Shown here: piece after piece, positions 14,101 to 28,534 of the stretch
How the letters are laid out: every line of letters starts with the position of its first letter
Position numbering within the stretch: the first letter of the stretch is position 1
Origin: Octopus vulgaris
Taxonomy: Eukaryota
Assembly: GCA_951406725.2 (NCBI GenBank)
Contig: OX597821.1
Location: 44,330,001 to 44,394,000 of the forward strand
Direction: 5' to 3'
Length of the DNA: 64,000 bases
Translations under genes and position numbers: made by a program
The notes under the pieces: model-generated
The model's input: only the letters and a program-made list of their open reading frames with translations
Told to the model about the DNA's origin: nothing
Databases searched by the model: none

Positions 14101-16501
14101 TCCTTCCCCTTGAGTAAAATAGGAATCACAGGGGTCCATAAGCACAAAAAATAGTCCAGAACTACAGGTCTAGACAATGGTCTCTTTTATCTTTTACTTT
14201 TTACTTATTCCAGCCATTGGACTGTGGTATGCTGAAGCACCGTCTTTAAGGGTTTTGTCAAACAAATTGACCTTAGTGCTTATTCTTTTCATTACTCAAA
14301 GACTAACTAACTGATCAAAGGACCGTTATTTTGACTAGTAGCAGATAAGGATGGGTGTTGGGTAACATTGGGTGGGGGTGGAGTGTTTGGGTAATTGTCA
14401 CCAGGATTATTTAGAACTGATTATTTAGAATCAAGACTGGTTATTTCTACATAAAGAATGATATTCTAAGTGGTTTAGGAGACCTTTATCATCACCATCT
14501 TCATCATTCTGACCATCATCATTGCTGTTACCATCGTTACACCCACCATCTCAAGCACTTTCATCATCGTCATCATCATCATCACCATCACCACAACTCT
14601 CATCACCAACATCCTCCTCCTCCTCCTCCTCATCATCATCATCATCGTCATAATCAGCAGCTGCTACAACGTGGAAAAACTGAAGTTAACATCAACTTAA
14701 GTCACCTTAAGTTTGACAGATTTTCCATTCATCTTGTCATGGATAAACATTGTTAAAAAATAAGACAGATTAGACAGAGTAAAGCTATCTTGGCAGTGAA
14801 CACACACACACACACACACACACAACCCCACTCTTCTCTAAAACATATTTTATACTAATCAGGCACAGTAGAGAGGAAGAGTCAGTCAGTCCAGTGAAGC
14901 AGAAGACAGTGTTTGGAAGCGATGGTAGAAATACCAAGGAGGAATTTGTAAAACTTAACATTTAACAGAAATTATCAAATGAAGACAACCTTTTAATGAG
15001 GATGCCTGTTAGTGAAGGTTTATAATGTTGTTGTAGCTGATCCAGCAGATAAAAGACATGCCAAGCATTACTTTATAAGAATCACAGGGCCAGTTTTCTG
15101 GTTTCTTTGATATATATATTCCTCCCTGGACAGGATGCTGATCCGTTGCAAGATTACTCATTTTACCAGCTGAGTGGATTGGAGCAACATGAAATGAAGT
15201 GTTTTACTCAAGAACACAATGCATTGTTTGGTCCAGGAATTGAAACCACAATCTTATAATCATGTGTCTAACGCCCTAACCACTAAGCCTTATGCCTCCA
15301 CACGAGACATGACTATCCCATTTTATTTCAGGCAGTTTCTATCTTGGACAATTATCAGATGTGTTCTTCACTGTTTTTTTTTTTTCCTTTTTCATCATTT
15401 TGTCAGCGTATAAACCCTTCAGCATTCAAACAAATAAGCAAAGAAAAAAGAAAAGAAACAAACAGACAAACAAACAAACAGGCTTCCACATAGTTTCTGA
15501 CTACAAAATTCACTCATAAAGAGTGCCACATTGTGAGAATAAACCTGAAGCCATGTGGTTGGAAAAGCAGATTGTACCTGCTGTATATTTAAGCAAAATT
15601 GGCAGAGTTGGCAGTGATAGGAGACTGGGATGTCTGCCAGCAGTTGAGAATTGAAGAAATACTTGTTGACCTTATGTTGAATGAAAGAGGATTGCATTAC
15701 CTGTCATGGCAGCTTGTTTACAAAGCAATGTGAATGTACAAAATATTATAAAACAAAATTGTCCAAATAAATATTATCAGCATGATCACTTAATGTTTGG
15801 CTTCCATACTGGCATGGGTTGGCCGGTTTGACAGCATTTGATGTTTGAGAACTGCTTTGTGCTCCAGTGTCTGCTATGGCATGATTTTTATGACTGGATG
15901 CTCTTCCTAATATCAATCACTTAACATAGTGTTCATAGCATAGTAACGATCACTATGCAACTTGCAAAGCTAAGGCCCTGAAGTGGCCTCTATAACAGAA
16001 GGAAACCTGAAGAGAAAGTAGGCAGTGATCCAGTGGGGAAAGATGAGGAATGGAAAGTAATAAAAGAGATTACTGACTGGGTTGAAAAAAGGGGAGGAAT
16101 TGAGAAAAAAAGAAGGAAATAAAAGGCTACAATATATATCTTCGTTTAACTCAATAACAACACATATTGTTCATATTTCATGTTGCTTCCAATATGTTGC
16201 TGCTATGCGAAAAAAAAAAAAAAAAGCAACAAAACCAAAACCATGAATTTGTTCTAAGGAGTCTTTACAATTGAACAACTTCATTGCACGCAAGCAATTC
16301 TAATATCTGACAGTTGTTGCTGAATTATTGATCTTTGAACAATTTCTATTGTTGTAAGAAAATTCCCCCACAACATATATTTTGATATCAAGCGTAGAGA
16401 AAGATGTTGCTCCATGGAGCTGTTTCTCAAACTACCAGATATGCTCAACTGACTACATTTATTCAATGTCTGAGACACTGTTATATTTGGTAAAATAGCA
16501 T

Positions 16502-16536
<35 letters not shown>

Positions 16537-18589
16537 TTAACATTCATTTTCCATGCTGGCATTTGTTGGACGACTTGACAAGAACTGGTAAGGTCAGGGG
16601 CTGCACCAGATTCCACAGTCTGTTTTGGCTTGGTTTCTATGGTTAGATGATTGGATGGCCTTTTCTAATGCCAACCACTTTACAAGATGTACTGGGTGCC
16701 ATATAAATGGCACCAGTGCCAGTGCCTTTTACATGGCACCAACACCACTCCAATGCTTTTTACATGGCACCTTGGTTTTAGCAGATCCTAATTTTATATG
16801 CAAAACAGATTATAATTTCGCTTACTCTTTGTGTGTTTCCCCTCATCGAACTGTGGCCACGCTGGGGCAATGCCTTGATAGGTTTAATATATCAAATTAA
16901 CTCCAATACTTGTTTTTAAGTCTGGTACTTAATCTGTCAGTTTCTTTTTACTGGACCACCAAGGGGATGTAAACAAACCAACACCAGTTGTCATGCAATG
17001 AGAAATAAACACAAACACAAACGTATGCATATGCACGTTTTCACACGCACATATACACATATATGACGGGCTTCCACACAGTTTTCATCTACCAAATCCA
17101 GTAACAAAATATCAGTCAGTTTGAGACTAAACTAGAAAACACTTGCTCAAGATGTGTTGTGGGATTGAACTTGAAACTACATGATAGAAAAACGAACCTC
17201 TTAGCCACAAAATTATACTTGTGCCTATATATAAGAAATATTTTTTGTTACATGAAACCTGCTTCTTGATCTTAAATAAGCAAAACAAAAAAAAATACCA
17301 ATAAATACATCTTTTCTTCTACGTGTTGATAATACTGACATTATTGGGTTTAAAGTGTTTTGACTTCCATTTATTTTTTTAATGCTGGTATAGATTAGAT
17401 AATCCAGGAGTAAATATAGAGAAATATTTATTTATGAGAAAACTAATAAACCTTAATCTCCAAAAAACTTAAACTAATAACCAAGACATGACTTAATTTT
17501 ATTTTTTATCATAAACAAACAGAAATATTTAGCAAAACTTTCATTAATTTGTGAATTTACACTGACTTCCAGCATCGTGCTAACCATAGCCAACATTCTG
17601 TTTGTTTACTTCAAGTGTAATCTGGTGTTAAAATCAAAACTACATGTCTACTGAAGCAAATAATTATTGTTTGTCTACAGGGTGTTCCACCAAAATGGAG
17701 CTTTAAATTGTTTTCACTTTGTTGATAATGTCATCAACACTTCTTCCATTACTTCCATTCTTCTAACAGCAACACCAATATTCCAGCTATCACCATTGTA
17801 ACAACAGTAGTTCTGTATATGAGATGTTGATGTCGTTTAGATGAAGACAACATGGTTGTTATAGATCTCTTATCTTTTACTTGCTTCAGTCGTTGGACTA
17901 CGACCATGCTGTAGCACTGCCTTGAAGTGCAGTTCTATATTTAAGAGATGAGGAAATGTCAATAATGTAATTAATGTGCCTTGAAGTGTTTAGTCAAACA
18001 AATCATCCCTTGTACTTATATTTCAAGTCTAGTACTTATTCTATCAACCTCTTTTACTGAGCTGCTAAGTTATAGGGATGTAAACAAACCAACACCAGCA
18101 GTCGAGTGGTAAAAGAAGGGTCACTGACACAACATAAACACATGGCACATATACATACATGATGTGTGTGATGGACCTGCATACAGTTTCCATCTTCCAA
18201 ATTCACTCACAAGACATTGGTTAGCCAAGGGCTAAAGCAGAAGATACTTGCTCAAGGTGCAGTGCAGTGGGATTGAACCCAAAACCACAAGATTGCAAAG
18301 CATTCTTCTTAACAACACAGCCATGGATCACTGACTGTTTTGCATGGAAAAACCTATAACTAAATGAGAAAAAAAAGCATGCATGCTACAGTTATAGCTA
18401 AGTAGTTAAGAAGCTCAGTTTCATGGTTCAATCCCATTGCACAACGCTTTGAGTTAGCATCTTTTATCAAAGCCTTGTATTGATCAGTATTTGGTCAGTA
18501 GAATTTGTTTGATGGAAACTGCGGAAGCCCACAGAATGTACGTGTTTATATCAGCATCGTTTCACAACCAATATCATCATCATCATGAT

Positions 18590-19495
18590 AAACATCATCG
18601 TCCTTTAAAATACGTTTTCCATGTTGGCATGGGTTGAGCAGTTTGACAGGAGCTGACCAGCTAAAGGACTGCTCAGGCTCCCTGTCTGTTCTGCAGCTGG
18701 GTGCCCTTTCTAATGCCAACCACTTTACAGAGTGAACTGGGTGCATTTATACAGCACCGGCACCGGTGCTTTTTATGTGGCATCAACATCTATGACCCAG
18801 CAAGATTAGGGATACTCAGTTGGAGAGAGTTGCAGGAGATGAAGCTGTATACAAGGACAACAACACTTTTATACTTAGCTTGACATGTCTTTTCAAGCAA
18901 AACAAACCACCAGGAGTCTCAGTCCCCTGTCATACTCTCTGTAACTTCCTACATTTCTAGATCCTTTCTCACCACTTTGTCCCACATCTTCCTGGGTCTG
19001 CCCCTTCCATATGTTCCCTCTACAATTGGAGAGCAGCACATCTTGATGCAACTGTTTTTGTTTATACGCATTACATGGCCATACCAGTGCAGTCTTCTCT
19101 TTTGTACACCACATCTGATACCTCTTATATCTAATTTTTCTCTTAAATCATTTACACTTTGTTGAATATGCACACTGACACTACCCATCCAGCAAAGCAT
19201 ACTGGTTTCATTTCTTTCAAACCTTCACTTATCCTCAGTAGTCACAGCCCATGTCTCACTGCTATGCAGCATAGCCGTTCATACACAGGCATCATACAAT
19301 GTGCCTTTCACTTTGAAGGAGAGATTCTTCATTACAAACAGAGGTAGTAACACTCTGAACTTTGTCCAGCCTATTCTTATTCTAGCAGTTATGCTTTTGG
19401 AACAACCACCAACTCTATTAACTTGATCACTTAAGTAAGAAAAACTATCTACTATTTCTAGGGATCCTCCTAAACATATGAGGGTGTCTATTTTT
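18590..19495 (-). mobile_element. Decayed RTE LINE 3' fragment
   Basis: Minus strand LEIVDSFSYL..ARIRIGWTKFR..SETW..LHWYGHVMR..GRGRPRKMW with stops and frameshifts, followed by the family 3' UTR. Confidence 0.85.
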
Positions 19496-20722
19496 TGTGC
19501 ATTCCTGGTGTTTAATGTATCTGTTCTAACTCTATTCCTAATTAATTGAGCTATGATCCTTTCTGCTAATTTATTTACTTTTTTAAAAATTATGATTCTG
19601 AGGGTTAGCTAAATTAAATTACAGGCAGGTTAGTATTTTATGAGGTAGAAACACAAAATAGATGAATGATGTCCGATTAATGCAAGAGAAGAGAAGGATT
19701 ACATTCTCTTAGCTGGACATGATGATATTCATGAATAATGATAACAAACTGTGCGAGAATAAAGTTCCCTATATGAACTGAAGGATTTATATAAGGCAGC
19801 AACAGGAAGGGAGGGAAGGAGAACAACTTGACCACCAGAAATAGTAGCCAATTCAAAGATAGCTATGCAGTAGAAATTATCACTATGTAAGAATTAAGCT
19901 CATGGACTGAGAGGTTTATGTATATTTATTTAAATTTTAGGCGGTAGATAAGTAGAGTTGTTAGGGTAATGGATTAGAGTGACTTGTGATATTTGTTCTG
20001 CTCCTTGGTGCCCTAAGCTCAAATCCTATTAAGGTTAACTTTCTCTTTCATTCTTTTGGGGTTCATAAAAAAAAGTACCATTTTAAAGTAGTGGATTAGT
20101 GGACCTGTAACAACATGCAACATGATTCTATGCAGTACTTGTTTCAGCCCTTGGCACTCTAAGTTCAAATCCCACCATAATCTCCTTGGGTTGTAATCCA
20201 TCACTTGGTTTAACGCCTCCATCTGGTACCTTTAACAAAGTCAGCTCTTTTATAAACATTCAGGCAAGATCGTTTTGAGGATCCTTTCAGTTCTTCCCAC
20301 CAATGTTGGAAACTCAGTGAAGAGTCATACTTTCCCTCATATCACAAAAAAAATTGGCCCATATTTTTGGGTGAGGTCCAACAATGTCCAATCATCATTT
20401 TATATTTTACAAGAATAATGGAATGGGTATGAGGTAAAATACAGGGTTTGATATAATTGGCTAAATTCCTTGAGGTTATTGCCCCAGCATAGCCATTGCC
20501 CAATGCTTTGAAGTAGAAAAGGACAAAAGAATAAATGAACGCTAATAGTTTTCCCCTATCTAACAATATCTTCTTTCATTCAACCAAAACTTCCTATAAA
20601 TACTTAATCTGTCTTTTTTTATCACAACTTTAGAACTTTAGAGAAACAGATATGCAAATATGTATTTTGACTTTTCTTTTGGTGTAAAAATTTATATTCC
20701 ATCTTTTTTTTTTTCTTTTCAG

Positions 20723-20911
20723 GTTGGCAACCATTTGGACCCCCTGATAAACCCTGTAGTGCTGAGTTTGTTCATGGTATGGGAGGTGTTATCACATCTC
20801 CACATTTCCCAGCACCATTTCCTGCTAATGTACAATGCACTTGGCTTATAAAAGTTGAGAGTCAGTATAAGATCCTTATCAATTTTGTATACTTGGATAT
20901 AAAAAATACAG
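20723..20911 (+). CDS. Exon (first seen in window) of CUB + LDLa domain protein, NETO/SOL-1/LEV-10-like; N-terminal half of CUB domain
   Basis: Polypyrimidine tract + cag acceptor at 20720-20722 and gtgagt donor at 20912; phase 1/1. Translates (xGT)WQPFGPPDKPCSAEFVHGMGGVITSPHFPAPFPANVQCTWLIKVESQYKILINFVYLDIKNT, the classic CUB C..GxITSPxFPxxxPxNxxCxWxI signature. Confidence 0.93.
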
Positions 20912-21097
20912 GTGAGTCAAGAGTTTTAACATCTAACTCTCATTTTAATTTTCTTCTTCTGTCCCAAATGGGACACATCAAGGTTGTGGATAAATTTAAT
21001 CAATTAGATTTGTTATATATGAGCATCTCCTTGGAAAACATGAGGATACTGACTGGAAGATAGCATGTTGTCTAATTTTAGTTGACTGTATGTAGAT

Positions 21098-21437
21098 CAG
21101 TGGTCTTCAACCATTTTTTATCTATGGATCCCTTAGATTACTATATCCTTCTGGTGGATCCCCATAACCATTCAGTGTTTGAAAACTAGCTTTATGGATA
21201 CTTCTTTCAAAATTCCTATTTTGTTTATCAAATATACACTTGTGTAGGCCAAACTATATCAAACATCAGAAAAAGAAACTTGACTGCTTTTTTTTGCAAT
21301 AAATACATCTAAAGCAAAACATTTTCATAGACCCATAAAATGCTACCGAGGACCCAATTTATTATTTTTCTTAAGTGAATCTCCTAAATCTCATATGGAC
21401 CATGAGGAGTCATATGGACACCAGTTGAGAACCACTG
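21098..21437. mobile_element. hAT (Charlie-like) MITE, intact
   Basis: TIRs CAGTGGTCTTCAAC / GTTGAGAACCACTG; 8-bp TSD ATGTAGAT / CTGTAGAT (7 of 8 match). Confidence 0.85.
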
Positions 21438-22210
21438 CTGTAGATGATTACTAAAGAAGCAATAAGAGCTGACAGCCATTGCTACTAAGTCAGAATCATC
21501 ACAAAAGAAATACCACAAAAGATATCCAAGATAAGCAAACCAGAGCTGAGCAGGCAAACTAATGAATTTTGTTAGAAAAGAGATTAATGGAAAGATGCTA
21601 CATGGCTGGTAACTAGCTGACCTAGCAAGTTGGGTTCACATCAGTAAGGGGGCTTCCAAATGCCAACCACTTTACAGTGAGGAATGAATGCTTTTTAAGT
21701 GGCACCAGCACCAGCAGGGTCACCAAATAACTTTGCAAGACAAGGAATCTTTGAGAGGGCCAGGGGCATCAGAGGAGATGATCTTGTGTCAGATGATGAA
21801 TGATTGGAGTGTGACAGAGGATGTACATGGTTACTCAGCCTGAGAGAGAGAGAAGTTGGTTGCAAATCAAATAGTGTCTGAAAATGTCAATGGACTTTAA
21901 ATTTGTTGCAAAGAGTTGCATAGCTTTTATATGTAATATGTAATAACTGGCATTCACTGAAATGTTCATAACATTAATTTGACTTCTCTTTTTCTTAATT
22001 AAAATTGTTGTGATTCACTTAAAGGAAATTATGACATACATATTTGCTATACATGCCATGGATTGGTGAAGTGCTTCTCTAAAAATTGATTGAAGTATAA
22101 CCAACCATTCTTTGCTAAATCTAAAGGTGAAACCTTTACACTGCTATTCAGACAGGTTCCTTCATGAAGTGGTGCTGAAGTGATCACCTGCTTTTTGCTT
22201 AACCCATATG

Positions 22211-22241
<31 letters not shown>

Positions 22242-22849
22242 ATACACACACACACGTGTGCGCACACACACACACACACACACACACATGTATATATGAT
22301 AATAGATAAGATAAGTCAAATCCAGATATACCACCTCAGCAGCACTTCACACAGGAAGCTGCCTAGCAAAGTGTTTGAATAGAACTGTAAAGGTTACAAC
22401 TTTGTATGTATGTATGTATGTATGTATGTATGTATGTATGTATGTATGTATGTATGTATGTATGCATGTATGCATGCATGTATGCATGCATGTATGCATG
22501 CATGTAAAAACAGGTATCTTGTTGTAGAGGATGTACATGGTTACCCAGCCACAGAGAGGGTGGAGGAGAAAGAGAGAGAAATAAAAAGATATATATAGAT
22601 ATAAGTTGGTTGCAACTCAAATTATAATGTCTGAAGATGTCAAAGGACTCTAGATTTGTTGTGAAGAGTTGCATAGCTTTTATATGTAATATATAATAAC
22701 TGGGAGTCATTCACTGAAACGTACATAACATTAATTTTATTTGCATGCATGCATATATGTTCTCTTCTGTTTTTAATTATTTAAATTCTTCCTCTGAAGA
22801 AGGAGCTACTTTCTGACCGATACAAAACTCCATCACTGGCATGTAGATA

Positions 22850-23530
22850 ACAAACATGTCACACTTTTAACTTGAGAAAAGTCTTGCATATTTTTACCCT
22901 TCTGTTTATAAATTGTATTTGTTATGTGTGAGTCATTTGGCTGATTTTTTTCCCTGAAAACCCTAGCTTCTCCAGATTTTCACTTAGGCATTTACTCAAA
23001 ATACCAAATGCACCAATTATTATTGGTATAAACATGGATTTATAATCTAAATAAAGAAGCCTGAGGTTTTGAAGCAATTGTCCAGTTATCTTCTTTCTCT
23101 TTGATTTTTCAAAGAGATATTCACATCAGCAGGACAGCTAACCTCCATGACTATATGCACCTTTTCTTGTTCGTTCCAAACAACAATATCTGGCTTGTTA
23201 TGTGTACATTTGACAGCTGATTTGATGGGAATGTTCCACCATTATTCCATGTGCAGGTATTTGTGTACATATCTAATAACAGGAGGATTCTCTATATCTA
23301 TTCCAAGATAGTCTTTTCTCCAAATGGCATTGTATATTGTAATTGTAATGTCATGTTGCATAGGAAGGTAGTACCTTGATGATATTTTTGGTTACTAATC
23401 ACACAGTTACTAATCACACTTGTGATGTCTTTCACAGAAATATGACATAGTCTGCATTTTCTGTTGCATCTTGGAACTCCAAGAGCTTCACTATCTCTTT
23501 TGTTTCATAGGTATCTAATAGCAATCTTTT
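22850..23530 (-). mobile_element. R4/Dong-like non-LTR retrotransposon fragment (zinc knuckle + restriction-like endonuclease), pseudogenised
   Basis: Minus strand KCRLCHISVKDITSVIS..SSRYYLPMQHD..WWNIPIKSAVKCTHNKPDIVVWNEQEK..EVSCPADVNISLKIKEKED, a PD-(D/E)xK RLE motif. Confidence 0.8.
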
Positions 23531-24937
23531 GCATGCATGCATGTGTGTGTGTGTATGTGAGCGCATATGGGCATGTTTGTTTATGTTTACACCAGTCTAA
23601 ATCCTGAATTTATCTATGTTGTGTCCTTTTGTATCATGTAACTTAGCAATTCAACATAGAGAATGGTAAAATGTATACAAAACTGAAACAAAAATCAAGG
23701 CTAATACAATCATCTAAGTAGTTGGTGTCCCATCGCGATCACTGTTCACTTACTGAAACCAGTTAAAGAACTATATATATATACACACACACACAAACAC
23801 ACATTTATATATACACATTTATATCTATGCATTATATTTACACACACACACACATATATGCATTATATTTACACACACACATATATATGCATTATATTTA
23901 CACACACACATATATATATATATATACACATATTTATAGAGTATATGTGTATATGTGTGTATACACCATTATATATTTATGTATATGCATATATATATAT
24001 ATATATATATTCTTGTATTCTTTTACTTGTTTCACTCAATTTTGACTATGGCCATAGTGAAGTACCACGTTAAAGGGCTTTTTAGTTGAAGAAATCAACC
24101 CCAGGACTTATTCTTTGTAAGCCTATTGGTCACTTTTGCTGCGACATAAACACACCAACAACAGTTGTCAAGTGATGATGGCGAGGACAAACACAAACAC
24201 AAAGACACACACTCATAAATACACACACACATAAATACACACACACACGCACACACATATGACGGGCTTCTTTCAGTTTCCATCTACCAAATCCACTCAC
24301 AAGGTTTTGGTCAGCATGAGGCTATGGTAGAAGACACTCACCCAAGGTGCCACACAGTGGGACTGAACCTAGAACCATGTGGTTCAGAATGAAGCCTTTT
24401 ACCACACAGCCATACCTGTGCCAGTATGTGTGTGTGTGTATACACATACAGAGAGAGAGAGAGAGAGAGAGAGAAATGGATGGAGAGACAGAGGAAGGAA
24501 GAGAGACAGATGGATAGATAGATTCCATTCTCTTTGGTATGTGAACACTTTATAATAACATTGTTTAAATATTTCACTTTACTTTAAGAGTGTATTCATG
24601 CATTCATCACTTAATATGATCGTGTATTCACTATTTAGTCTTAGCCTAACCAACAATACATTTAACACACACACATACGCACACAGTTACACCTATGCAA
24701 ACAAACATATATTTATTACTCCTTTACGTACTGTTTCCAGCAACTGAGAAATAGCCATGTGACCATGCTAGAGTACCATTATGTGATATTCATTCCATTT
24801 TTTTAATGTTATAATGTTTTATACAGCCTTCGTACTTTACTCCCACTGCTTCCTTCTATGCGTTCTACTTCTCCTCACCATTTTCTCTCTCTCACTCTCT
24901 CTTTTGCTTACTTACTTTTTTACCCATTTTCCTTTTA

Positions 24938-24976
<39 letters not shown>

Positions 24977-25088
24977 TTTCTCTTTGTTCACCTTTCTACC
25001 ATCTATTAATTTCTCTCCTTATCCTTCATCTTTCTCTCTCTCTTTCTTACTTTTACTCTTACTCATTTGCATTCTCTCTCTCTATCTC

Positions 25089-25179
<91 letters not shown>

Positions 25180-25236
25180 ATATATATGTATGTATGTATA
25201 TATATATGTATGTATGTATATATCTATGTATATATG

Positions 25237-25271
<35 letters not shown>

Positions 25272-25634
25272 ATATCTTGTTTATCTGAGATTTTTGCATC
25301 TATCTTCACTCTATGCTCCTCCTTTCTCTATCTACTTCCCCCTCGTTCATTCTCTTTCACTCTTCATCTCTCTCTCTCTCACTATTTGTCTACATATCTG
25401 TCTATCTGTCTGCCTATCTCCCATGCTACTCTTGTTCTCCACCACTTGCTCCCCACACCTACCCAACCAACACTTCTTACATCAAATCTTCAAAAGACTA
25501 TATAACTCTCTGGTTTACCTCATGTACACAATAAAGCCCCATGGAGATACATTACATGTCACGTTTTCAAGAGTTTATATTATGTGATTACCAGCCTATA
25601 ATTGAAACATATAGCAAACAATTTCACCCATCAA

Positions 25635-25674
<40 letters not shown>

Positions 25675-25868
25675 GCATATATAAACACACACACACATCA
25701 ACACATATTTGCACAACCGCCATTCCATTTTGGGTAGACTGGGATCTAAAGGAAAGGTAAAGTATTTAAGGATTATCAATCTCTTTTTCCCCTCTCCCCT
25801 TTATATATATATACATTCATACATACATGCATACATACATATATATATATTTATCTTTATATTTGTAT

Positions 25869-25901
<33 letters not shown>

Positions 25902-25953
25902 AAGTAGAAATATATATAATATATATGTATATAACATATATATATATATATAT

Positions 25954-26093
<140 letters not shown>

Positions 26094-27490
26094 CGTTTTG
26101 GAATTTGGTTTGGAAGATTCTTTATGTGAATTCATATATATGCAAATGGAAACTGAAGTACATGATCATATACACTCACGCACACTTCACTTCACGCAAG
26201 GGCACATATGGAGACACACATCCATACATAACAGATGCACATACATACACACAAAAACACATATACGGACACACTCAGACATGAACACACAAGGAGATAG
26301 ATGTACACACACATGCAAACACACACATGCAAACACACACACATACAAACACACAAACTCATGAATATGCAGAATACATAGACACATACATACATATATT
26401 CATATGCATACACACACATACATGCACACATACATACATACATACATACATACATACATACATACATACATACAAACATACATACAAGCATACATACAAA
26501 CATACATACATACATACATACATACATACTTAAAAATGTGTATGCCCATGCACACTGACCCACACACAAGCACATAAACAAACAAAAAGAATACAGCTTG
26601 GATAAGGGACAGAGTCAATGACTATTGAAAAGGTTGCAAGATGCAGTGAAAATTTTAGAAGAAAATAAATAAATAAATGAGTGGAAATCAGACCGGTGAG
26701 TGTGTTAAGTAAAAAGGCACTAAAAGTGAATGACTCTCCCTGGACAGATATATAGATATAGATGTATATACATACATGTAATTAAGGATAAAATCATTAA
26801 AAAATAATGATTTTATCAGTGCCTAGCATATAATGTCTTCTACTGTAGCCTTGGACCAATCAAAGTCTTGTAAGTGGATTTGGCAGAGGGAAACTGAAAG
26901 AAACTCATATATATACATACGTTATATCATCATCGTTTAACGTCCATTTTCCGTACTAGTACAGGTTGAACGGTTTGACTGGGGTCTGGGAAGCCAGGAG
27001 GCTGCACCAGGCTCCAGTCTGATCTGGCAGTGTTTCTACAGCTGGATGCCCTTCCTAATGCCAACCACTCCGTGAATGTAGTGAGTGCTTTAGGCGATGA
27101 CAAGTGACTGAGACCTTTCGAGATATGCTGTGCTTGAGAAGTCCCAGTAAGTCAAGTGAGATCATAACTGCGGTCTATGCCAGTGCAGCATAACCAGCCC
27201 ATTTAAGAGTACTCTTCAATCATTGGGCAACAAACTGCACTTGCAAAGACCTGTCAAGGCAAGTGAAGTCATTGTCATGGCTGATGATAGTACTTCCCGT
27301 TTGGCACCTGTGCCGGTGGCACATGAAAAGCACCCACTACACTCTTGGAGTGGTTGGTGTTAGGAAGGGCATCCAGCTGTAGAAACATTGCCAGATCAGA
27401 TTGGAGTCTGGTGCAACCTTCTGGCTCGCCAGCCCTCAGTCAAACTGTCCAACCCATGCTAGCATGGAAAGCAGACTTTAAACGATGATG

Positions 27491-27539
<49 letters not shown>

Positions 27540-27568
27540 ATATATATATATATATACACACACACATA

Positions 27569-27601
<33 letters not shown>

Positions 27602-27614
27602 ATATGTATGTATT

Positions 27615-27656
<42 letters not shown>

Positions 27657-27762
27657 TGTATATATATATGTATATATGATGTATGTATGAATATATATGT
27701 GTATATATATATATATATATATGCATGTATATATATATGTATATATGATGTTTGTATGAATA

Positions 27763-27808
<46 letters not shown>

Positions 27809-28010
27809 TATGTATATTCTTTTACTCTTTTATTTGTTTCAGTCATTTGACTGTGGCCATATTGGAGCACTACCTTTAGTCGAAGAAATCGATCCTGGGA
27901 CTTATTCTTTATAAGCCTAGTACTTATTCTATCGATCTCTTTTACTGAACCGTTAAGTTACAGGGGCATAAACACAGACACACACATAAGTACACACACA
28001 CACACACACA

Positions 28011-28041
<31 letters not shown>

Positions 28042-28482
28042 GTAGGCATTGGTTGGCCTGAGATACTAGCCCATGGTACCATGCAGTAGGACTGAACCCA
28101 GAATCATGTGGTTGCGAAAGCAAACTTCTTACCACACAGTCACGCCTGTGCCTATCATCATCATCATTTAATGTCCGCTTTCCATGCTAGCATGGGTTGG
28201 ACGATTTGACTGAGAACTGCCGAACCAGATGGCTGCACCAGGTGCCAATCTGATCTGGCAGAGTTTCTACAACTGGATGCCCTGCCTAATGCCAACCACT
28301 CCGAGAATGTAGTGGGTGCTTTTACGTGCCACCGGCACAAGGGCCAGTCAGGCGGTACTGGCAACGACCACGCTCAAATGGTGTTTTTTACATGCCACCT
28401 ACACAGGAGCCAGTCCAGCGGCACTGGCAACAACCTCGCTCTAATGTTTTTTCACATGCCACCCGCACAAGTGCCAGTAAGG

Positions 28483-28534
<52 letters not shown>

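Larger units (their letters stand above)
10652..14167. mobile_element. hAT (Charlie-like) MITE split by nested insertions
   Basis: Left end CAGTGGTTCT at 10652; right part (about 12760-12840 and 14110-14167) homologous to the intact copy at 21098-21437; flanking 8-mers GTCTACAT / GTCTAGAC. Confidence 0.65.

Noticed and set aside
20912-21063. C-terminal part of ORF 20779-21063
   Set aside because: Read-through into the intron beyond the gtgagt donor; CUB similarity ends there. The same applies to ORF 51308-51538 after 51455.
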